NCBI GenBank assembly: GCA_965637545.1
Contig: OZ281500.1
Span: forward strand, 8,184,001-8,248,000
Reading direction: 5' to 3'
From: Phallusia mammillata
Taxonomy: Eukaryota
DNA length: 64,000 nucleotides
The notes beneath the pieces are model-generated. The model saw only the letters and a program-made list of their open reading frames with translations. It ran no database searches and was not told the DNA's origin. This document shows positions 10,534-20,262 of this stretch, piece after piece; position 1 is the stretch's first letter; the number at the start of each line of letters is the position of its first letter. Made by a program: the position numbers and the translations under genes.

Positions 10534-11782
10534 TACATACAACCAGCAGTTTCAAAAAATAACCTCAACTTATTAACTATACTGCTGATATCAAGCATAT
10601 ATAGCATCAAACATGCACTTTAGCAGTGATCGTGGTGCAATTACCAATATTCGGGTGCCTGCACATGAACAACTAGTTAATGATTGTTTTCGTTATGGCA
10701 TCATGGTCGCCGGCACGTAGGGGCAAAAGGAGGCACTCGGTTATATTGTAAAGTGTTCCAGGTATTGGATTCTATTGTATATAACTTATGCTTATGTGAA
10801 CATAATTACTTAGTATCGTATTCCATCCACGTAAGTAAATATGAGTAAAAATTTGCCCCTCCCCCTTGCAAAATTTTAGGCTTGTTTAAACAAGAAGAAA
10901 GGTCAACGATGTCTTTGCAATCGAAATTCTGTCAATTGAGAGTTAAAGATGGCGCTTAATAATACCAGTCCGAATCGCCAGAGCAGAGCCCTGGAGAGTA
11001 AACATGTGCTGGTGTGGAAAATTTATGAGGTCCCTCAATAGAAGCATTAACTTGGTACCTTGTCCCGGCAGCACCTCGTCCCTCACAATAGGCGAACAAA
11101 CAGTCTGACGCTAATGGCTTTTTATCGACCGCTCATTTAGCAAGCCGGATCCAATAGAACAAAAAACTCATGCAGATTGGGCAAATATTCTAAAAACGTG
11201 AAAATGTAGAGAGATGTTGATTAGTACAAATCACCTTAATAAGGATCAATGACTAAGGAATATAGACACAACAAATTTATTAATACATTGTAATATATGT
11301 CCTGGAGTGCTCCAAAATCATTTGGCGACAACTTCCACAACCCTGTTACGTCATACACGCGGATTTATTTGCGATCAGCTTGCCTAGTGGTCAACGCTAT
11401 GTAATGTTATAATTTGTGGTTGAATGTGCAGTCAAGCCTGCCACTCTAGATATTTTATAGCTAGATCTATATAGTTTTGGTTAAGCCTAGATTTAAGATT
11501 TGGGATCTCGGCAATGGCTATTAAATCTAAATAGTTTCTTCAACGTTTGTAAAGGCTGTAGGAACGGTACAAGCCTACAAAAGTTCCACCAAGAAAACCA
11601 CAAAAGCCTCAACATCAACTGTAACATAAAAAGTAAAGTGATGATGAGGAAGAAGTAAGCTTGTTCAACATTTAATAATACTGTGTTAAATTGAATTACT
11701 TTATGTTTACATATACATTTTGGTGTTTTATTTTTCAATCTACTCTAAACGATTCTAGATATTTTTTGAGGTCAATCTAGAT

Positions 11783-12303
11783 CAGCGGTTCTCAACCAGT
11801 GGGCCATGGCCCACTGGTGGGCCATGGAAGCATTTTGACTGGGCCACAGACCAATCAAATAGAAAGCTTTTTTTTAAGAATTTTCATTTGTGTCACTACA
11901 CTCAATTTTACAAGAATAATGGCTTGGGGAGGAATTGAGAAGGAATGTGAATTAATTTAAATTATTCTATTTACGGTATAAATTTACTTTGACTTTCTGC
12001 AACGGCGTATGTTTATGATGTAATAAACTACTTTGTGATTACAATAAAGCCAGATAATAGCAGCATATCAATTGTCCAATTATTCGGTCATAACTGAAAA
12101 TGCTTGAAGAAGGGAAGTGCTGTTTTATGATTTTTTGCATGAACTTATTTTGAACTATATTATCTGTTTGAAATACGGCCTGCAGTTTTTTTTGTTCTGA
12201 ATCTACTTTATAGTTGTTTCTTTCTTTCATAAACATTTACTGGGCCACAGAATTTTTGTGCAATGAAAATGGGCCACGAAAGAAAAAAGGTTGAGAACCA
12301 CTG
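11783..12303. mobile_element. hAT MITE
   Basis: TIRs CAGCGGTTCTCAACC / GGTTGAGAACCACTG; TSD ATCTAGAT; TGGGCCA subterminal motifs. Confidence 0.95.
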
Positions 12304-12760
12304 ATCTAGATTATTTCATTCAAACAAAGGGGGCAGCCCTGTGTGCATGTGTTTTAAGTAGCCAACCATACGCAGTTGTTATAAACTACCACATTTCTGC
12401 ATTCTGGTTTGAAAACACTGCAAATCATTCGTCCCTTAAGTTTTGTCCAAGTTAGGCGAATAAACCGAGGTTTACTATTCTTTACTATATCTAAGTGGCT
12501 AAAATTCCTGACAAACCTTAACTTTCCTTAACACTTGTTTTGCCATACATATGCTTTGCCTCAAAAACCGCACTGACAACAGTAAACACGTTAAACGCTG
12601 TAATGATTAGGAAATTTTTATCGGGATCGAAAAAGAAACCAGGGTTTGTTTACAACCAGATAAGATAACCCATCTTGTTTGTTTGTTTACATTTTTAATC
12701 TTAATGAGCGTTCAACGCCTGAATACGTTATGCTTTTTTGTTTTTTTCTCCCCAGTAGGG

Positions 12761-13135
12761 CAAGGGTCGGCAACCTTTTACATGTATAGCTGGCAGAACT
12801 AATTTTTCACTTTTATGTTCGCTTTATTTGCCCTTTTCCATGTTTGTTGAATCAAATGCAGTCAATTTACCGAAAACCTGACGTACTTGGACTGAAAACT
12901 ACCGTACTTCGTGAAACCTACAACACTAGAATAATAGTTAGGACAGCTATGTTATTGTATTGAAGTTATTTATGATAAAAAAACATTTATCCACTAAGGC
13001 GCACGCGTACAGATAAAGTGCATTAAATGAAAGATACGTTCCAGCTATAAAGTGATTTGTTACATGAGCAGACTCTTTCAAAAGAGGGCCGCGGGGGATA
13101 TTTAAGATTGGTGAACCACAGGTTGCCCACCCCTA
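12761..13135. mobile_element. Degenerate hAT MITE
   Basis: CAAGGGTCGGCAACC ... GGTTGCCCACCCCT; no clear TSD. Confidence 0.7.
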
Positions 13136-13230
13136 CCTCCTACAATAAGGACTACAGTAGTCATAAAGTTGTTTCCGGGTCCAAATTTCGCACATGCCAA
13201 AGAAAAATCGGAGGTCTGGTAACCCTTGTC

Positions 13231-13256
13231 CAGGGGTCGGCAACTCCTGGCACGCG
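13231..13256. mobile_element. hAT TIR fragment
   Basis: CAGGGGTCGGCAACTCCTGGCACGCG; no partner end seen. Confidence 0.55.
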
Positions 13257-13298
13257 ACGTAACTAACAAGAAAAACGTTGGAAGCCCTTGGTCTACAT

Positions 13299-13498
13299 CA
13301 GGGGTTGGCAACCTTTTTTGCCTGCGGAACGGTTTTGAACCGGAAATTTATTCACGGCATTTGCAAAAATAGAAAATATTTTGCAATAAACGCAAAAAAA
13401 TATTTATGCAGGGGCAAAATATTTCAAAGCATTTAACTTGAAAAAGTATAGGGCCCGGTATAACTAACTCGCCGCGGCCCGGCGGTTGCCGACCACTG
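13299..13498. mobile_element. hAT MITE, same family as 43382-43598
   Basis: TIRs CAGGGGTTGGCAACC / GGTTGCCGACCACTG; TSD GTCTACAT / CTCTACAT. Confidence 0.9.
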
Positions 13499-14044
13499 CT
13501 CTACATACTGCGAAACCAACCATTCGATGCAAAATATAATTTAGTGTATTTGTTCACTACTGAATATGACGTTTGTAAATAAATGCTCTAATTTAGCAAA
13601 ACAAATATAATTACGGCTATAAAGTGTGCAAAAGCGACAGATACGAAACACAGTGATTTGGGGATTGCTGTTGGAACAAAAAAAAACACGTCTTGTAATA
13701 AGCACATAAAACATTGGAAGATTCTATTGGAAGAAAATGACATTCAATGTTTAGACAACAAGACAATTGTTTGTTGCTTAGTGAACATGTCCTAGTCTGG
13801 TCTGTTGATGTTGCCCATGGTATGCGTGTTTTTGGAACCTGTTTTGTAATTTCATCTGCAACTGTTTAAACTTATTTTTCTTGCAGGTAACTAAAACAAC
13901 TAAATGCTACACTGTTAAGGCAACCCAATAAGTCAATGTAGTCAGCGTTAACAATGGTTCCTGAGATGTGTGAACAGTTGTGACACTAAAAATACAGTTT
14001 TGCTATTCGAAAAAAACAGGTCGTTAAGCTGTATCTACATTTTT

Positions 14045-17000
14045 TTAGCTTAGAACTCTTGTTTCGTCCGCGGCATTGTAAAGAACATTGGAAACTTCGT
14101 TCAATTGATCAGCAGTTAATTGGAGAACGCTCGTCAATTTGTCATCTTTGTCACCTAAATCAAATTAATGTTTAGCTTTACACAAAAATGGAAATCTTCT
14201 GCAAGGTAAAAAGTTTTTTTTAGCAATAACAGGTATTTAAAAACAATCAGCCAATTCAGGGTCATATTTCAAATGTATAAAACGGTAAGGCGTAAAGACG
14301 CACTTGAGTGTAACCAGGATTAAGTATTCAAGAAAGGCAACTAAGACGAAACCACTATCATTTTGCCAGCTTTCTTTTCCAGTTGGTAAACAAACACCCC
14401 CGTGTGAGCCAACCGTTAAGAGTAATGTTTGGTTTCAAACAGGCTATCATTCGAAACGAACCGTTGGGGGAAACAATGGTGTAAAATAACACACCGTTCT
14501 GTCGAGCACCACTTATTGACATAACTGCCCGCCGAAACTCGATAACGTTATATGTTGGCTGGGTGTTAGATTAGTAAACGACACACTTACCACTGGTTGA
14601 TGATCCGTCCCTTTGGTTGCCCTATACAAAATAAAATTTATGTAGATTTTAAGCTAAGCATACAAAAACAATTGCAGTTTGGTTGGCTTTAAGTCCAACC
14701 GTACCCGAACACTAACTTACTTTGCAAGGAACCATGTCACACTGGTCGGTCTGATAATCGCTGCTTTCCCTTCTAGTGGAGTTTTCCAATAGTTGCATGG
14801 CTGCAGGTGAAGCCTTACTACTGAAGGACGATCGACCATGCGAACCTAGCGCTGGTGGCAATGGTAGAAAACTCTCTGTGCTAACAGCATCTGAACGAGG
14901 ACTGTGCATTGTGTCTTTGAAATCAGTTTTAGGTGTATCCCGGTCGTAATTTCGTCGATAACGACTGGGTTCCGATTTCAGCTTGCTGTCCATCTTTCTC
15001 TGTGCATAACGTTCACCGGCATCACCATACGTGGAGGTTAATTTGTATTCATTCTTCCGTTTATCAATGGGACTGTTTAACAACAGTCTTTTAGCGTTGC
15101 TAAGGACCTCATTGCTTCTCTTGTATTCTTGTTTAAGCAGATCACCAGCGGATGTTAGAAAATCCTTTTCGTGCAAAAAATCGGGCCTGTACAAAGCAGT
15201 AGTGGCACTTCCATTTCCATCCGTAGTTTCGGAAGGTGTGCTCAGGCTGTACACACGAATAGGGTCAGATGAACTGGACGGGACTTTCTGCCTAAGCTTT
15301 TCCCATTGACTTGGGCGCCTGGCATGAGCTTTGCTAACGGACTCGGCTTCGCAAGCTCTGCTGACAAAATCGTGAAACTTATCATCGAATTTGGAATACC
15401 TGATTGGTGAAACATAAGGCCTTGCTGATTCCCGGTTGTAGTAAGGTTTGCTGGAATGAGATACTTGTGGCGGAATCCTATCTAAACCTAAGGCGGATAC
15501 CCTGCCTGGCTGGTTGACAATCTCAGGACGGCCTATTTGCTCCTGTAGACCCTTTGATACATATCTAACTTCGTTGCATGGTGTTGGATCTTTACGATTT
15601 TGTGTTTGGGTACTCGAAACCAATTGACTGGACTTGTAAGATCTTGTGTGTGATGGTCCCATTGTTCCATGTTTTCCCTGAGGTTCAACGGTTTGCCCTG
15701 GATCCACAATAGAAGTGCTGGTGGTATGGCGCCTAGATGAATCTGTGTGAAAAATTAAAAATGTTAATTATGTGGTAAAATATGACATTTTGATGTGCTG
15801 TACCAGTCATTTGGGAGGACAGAGATGTTGTATCATGAGATGAAGATCCCATGTCCGAAGTGTCCATTCTGGAAATACCCAACACTTTTAGGTTGTCACT
15901 CCAATCCTCTGGGAGTCCCATTGTTTCCAGCTCAAGAATAATTTCCTTAAAAGTCACATCAAAACCATTGGATGTTTCATGTAAACCTTTTTGGCAAATA
16001 AAAAAAAATCATACCTTGAATGTTGGTCTTTGAATGGGTGATGTGGCCCAACACTTTGATATTAGGATGTGGAAAGAATGAGGTAGCTCAGGTCCCAAAG
16101 GAAGTCTTTCATTTTTTTGCAGCATGTCCAAAATCTGTTGTGCACATTAAGTTTAAAGTGTTGTGCAACAAAGATCAAATTATTAACTAACCTCAGAAGT
16201 GGACAAGCCATTTGCTGGGTCACTACATGTGTGACATTGCCATAACAATACTGCATATGCAAAGACATCAATTTTTCCAGTGAGTTGTACAGGAAAACTT
16301 GTCAATTCCGGAGCAAGGTATGCCAGAGAATTATGATGGGACAAACCGGCACTTAACCTATATTTAAAAGCATGGTTTATGTAAGTAATACTGGATATTA
16401 ACATCAGTAGCAAAAAAGTAGAAAAAGTACCTGATTTTTGAAAATCCGAAATCAGTAACCTTGGCTCTGCCAAAAGTGTCAATTAAAACATTGGATGGGC
16501 GTAGGTTAAGATGCAAAACTGGAGGCTTTTGGTTATGCAAGTATGCCATACCAATGGCAACATCTCTGGAGATGCTAAAGAATTGACCAGGAGACAATCT
16601 GCCACCTGTTTTGCACTTACATGTTAAATCATAACAACAACACACCACTTATTTTTAGGTGATGTGTAATGATCAACATTTGTCAATAAAATAATTACCA
16701 AAACTTGAGCAGCATTATACACAAAACTAGATACAATCTAAATGTCTTCAATATCATAACAAAATTACCTGAACTTTCCAATGTCATCAGTAAAGTTTTT
16801 CCATGAACCAATTCCAGTACAATCAGTGGTTCCATTGAAGACAAGCAGACACCAAGAATTTTGACAATATTTCTATGTTGGAGGTGGATGAGTAAACCAG
16901 CTTCAGCAGACAGATAACTGCAGTCAGATGATGTCATCATACCTAGCTTGGAAATTTTTTTGACAGCAACTTGTTTTCCATTAAAGGTTCCAGAATAAAC

Positions 17001-17849
17001 AGTAGCAAGGTGGCCCTCTCCAATAACATTGGTATTGTAATACACAACATCACTCAGGGACAATTCCGGAGATTTTATAATGTTGTCCTTGCCTCTCTTT
17101 ACAAGCTTTAACTCAGTTTGCAGTCGCAAGACTTTGTGCTTATACTTGTCTCTTTCGGAATGCAGTTTCTTAATTACAGACTCCTGAGTATTACGTTTTC
17201 GAAATGTGGAATGGTAGGCTTGAACATTAGGCAACTCATTCTCCATATTACTTGCATCATATAGTGGCTTGGAGTTCTTTTGAATGTTTACTCGAATCAC
17301 AGAGTTAGGATGCATTGGGTTGTGAATGGAGTGTTGTAAATCTCCTGCCATCATAGGGTGGTCACTTTTTTGAGAATTTGTAAGATGTGCTTTCTCCATT
17401 GGATTGTTAGCTTCAGACTTTGCAAAGGAGCGATTAAGTGTTTCTTGATTAACTTTCAGTTGATTAATTTGTTGTTGTAAGTCAGCACACATTCTTTTAG
17501 CATCCAGCAAAGCATTGGTCTCATGTGGCTTAGAATAGGTTAGTTCAAAGGGTTGATTTTCATCATTTGACTTGGATCTAGAAGAACTAGATTCGCTTGT
17601 GGTTGTTGACTGATAAATTTCAACTGCAGACTTCATATCTCTTTCATGGTGACTGGGGTGAACCTGTTCTTTAGCAGCTTTGGACTTTGTTAACTTGGTA
17701 GTCCTCTTTCTACCTGAAGGTTTAACTGAAAAGCCTTCCATTTTGCCAACAACAGAGCGACGCTGTGAAGCCATAGTGGGCCTTAAAAATCCAGCTGATC
17801 GACTATGTTGGTTCACACCAGAGGACATTTTCTTCAACTTCTGAGGCAT
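14045..17849 (-). CDS. Coiled-coil plus TKL/RIPK-like protein kinase-domain protein, predicted pseudokinase, 948 aa
   Basis: Exons 17849-16769, 16605-16431, 16357-16192, 16134-16015, 15945-15804, 15742-14721, 14621-14591, 14154-14045. Sum 2847 nt, in frame. Motifs IGEGHLATVY, VAVK, HRNIVKILG, GMAYLH..PPVLHLNLRPSNVLID, DFG, YLAPE, IDVFAYAVLLW, CW....QRPTF. The last two small exons are less certain. Confidence 0.88.
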
Positions 17850-18391
17850 TTTAGTGCCCACTGCCCACAATCTACAGCATCATTTTGTCAAAACAACTGA
17901 TAGAGCTTAGGAACGACAATAAATTAAAACCTGTTAAAACATACACTATAGTCTAAAATAAACCCGTTATATAATATCAAAACAATTTTTTCAGACGTTC
18001 CAATAATCCAATTACAACTACAAATTGCTTGCTTTCCAAGTTTCGAGTTTTGACACATATTTGTATACAAGATATATTTGCTTCGGCTTTGCAATCTATT
18101 GTTACGATCATAATAGTAAAGAACAGGATAAGTTTCGCAAACACCCACACCAAATAAGGAAAAAATGCTCTAACATCTTTTCCGACTTTTTAAGACCCTT
18201 GAGTTGGACTTCCATGTGTTACGTTGTTTACAATTTGAAAATTTGCCGTCACAATACCTTCACACGCTTGAGCGGTTTTGAAATGCCAGTGGACGCAATA
18301 ATATTTTTTTCCGTGAAGCAATGATATTACACAATGATACTGTTGCAAATCATCATTGAGTAAAGTTTAGTTTTTTTTGCTGGAGGTCTAA

Positions 18392-18511
18392 TTTTTTTTC
18401 ACGGGGTTCGAACCCAGGACACTCCCGGGGACGAATCCCGATCAAGGTTTTTTTTTATGTATGTAGGCTACATGGGTCAGGCCCGCCAGACCATTCGGCC
18501 AAGTTCCTGTC
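18392..18511 (-). pseudogene. tRNA-derived retroposed element (tRNA pseudogene or tRNA-only SINE)
   Basis: Minus strand shows an A box TGGCCGAATGG, a B box GGTTCGAACCC and an A8 tail. It is flanked by a 12-bp direct repeat CTGGAGGTCTAA (18380-18391 and 18512-18523). The 3' acceptor strand is missing. Confidence 0.8.
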
Positions 18512-18985
18512 CTGGAGGTCTAAAATTGTTTGAAATTACATGTGCTGAAACAAACTTGTGGTAAAGTTCGCCAACAAGATCCCGACACTAGAGAGCCACA
18601 AAGAGCCATAAATCTGCTGGGCGTGGGCTCTTATCTTCGCCAACTGGGCAGTGCTTTACGAAATATTATCTAAGCATTTGCTTCGTCCTTTAAACTAAAT
18701 AATTCTGGATTAAATACCAGAAGACAAGTTTGAAGGGAGGAGTAGGCCTACATGAAGCAAATGAGGCTAATTATTCTGCTGTAAATTAAGTTTTGGCCAG
18801 TTGTCTGTTAGCATGCCACCGATAGTGCCTACACAGCAAATAACCGGAAGGGCAAGAATAGTTTAAACTTTAAAGTGGCTCTCACACCTAATTGTTGGCG
18901 GTATTTGTGCGTGTCGTGCAAGTTGGGCACGGACACTCGATGACGATTTGAACCAAAACTAAGTGTTTCCGCGATCTCTCAAAAC

Positions 18986-19321
18986 TTTATTTTGGTGCCA
19001 CTAAAAGGCAACACAGGCGAGGCCAAGCGTAATGGAAGTAATTTTAAGCACGCGAGTGTCTTCCGCAAGGACGGTTATTTCCAACATGTTTTGCACGCAA
19101 AATATCACTCCGGCAATTTTTTACCCATTTTTAGAGAGTATATACTGTAATACGCAAATCATTAAAGATCCATTTTTTGATACTGTTATTTATTGTTACT
19201 TTGGACTTACAATTTGAGATAAAACCTAATGCTTTCTTGGTGTCACTTTGAAAGTAAACAAACCTAACTCAACTTAAACCTAAATGATAACTCAGATAGT
19301 GAACTATTCCGCTATTTTATT
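18986..19321 (-). terminator. Candidate poly(A) signals of Shroom
   Basis: AATAAA on the minus strand at 19321-19316, 19194-19189 and 18991-18986, about 0.95-1.3 kb after the stop. Confidence 0.5.
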
Positions 19322-20262
19322 GTTTTGGCGTTTAAGGCAAAAAAGAGATAAGCGATCAAGTGAAGGAACGCGTCATTATATTAATAAGAAAGTAACAAGA
19401 AAAACATGATGAGGATGCGACTCAATCAGTCGCTGAAAGGAGCGTGATCATAACATTTGCCATACAATGGCAGTTTTGTGAGACAGGGATGACGACGTAT
19501 AAGAACAAATCATAAAAATTAGCGCAAAAGTACAATACGATGCAAGACGCGTCATGATTGCGTCACAACTGCAAAACTGCCAGGTTTTTAGGAAGACTAG
19601 GTTATGTATTTTAAGTATTTGATGGAGCCGTGCATTTAAATGCGTCGGCGCTACAGATTTTGTCACGTTGCAAAAAAGGATATGGTGGTGGGTTTTCGTC
19701 ATAATGTTTTCAATGGAAAGTTACAAGTGTACCTCGCTTGTCGGTCGCTAGGGAGAGCGCTGGAGGGCGCTTAATGCACGGTGCGATTGTCACAGTCATG
19801 GTGGGCGAAGAACAACACAAAGAACACAAGCGCGTGAATTCGAGAAAAATCGTCGGGCAAAATGCCAAGGCACTCATTTGTGTTGCGAGTCGAGCGGGTT
19901 CAGAAATCGCAAACGGGCGCCGATTTAGGCCAAGCCCGGGCGCCACACAGGTCTCTCGTCGTCATGGGCTCTTTGCTATCGGAATGGCTTGATTGCGAGT
20001 CTTGGCCAATCGCTTAACACTGCTGAAAGGGCGATCGTGGGACCGCGTTTGTGAAGAGAGAGTGGCGAAGGGCGGTGACTCGTGCGTGTGTATGTGGGAA
20101 CTTTCCGAGTCCAGCTCGGCGCTCGTCCTGCGCTCTAGCGCCTCGCGTGCCTCAGTCCACATCCGTTTGAGCACCACTGCCACCTTGCGGCAAAGGGGAG
20201 TCGCCATGACTCTCTTGTGTATTGGGGAGGGAACAATAGCAGCTTGCAGGGGCCGCGGCACT

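Noticed and set aside
18392-18511. Functional tRNA-Met(CAT) gene
   Set aside because: The 3' acceptor strand is absent, position 33 is C, the T-stem is mismatched, and an A-tail plus TSD indicate a retroposed copy.
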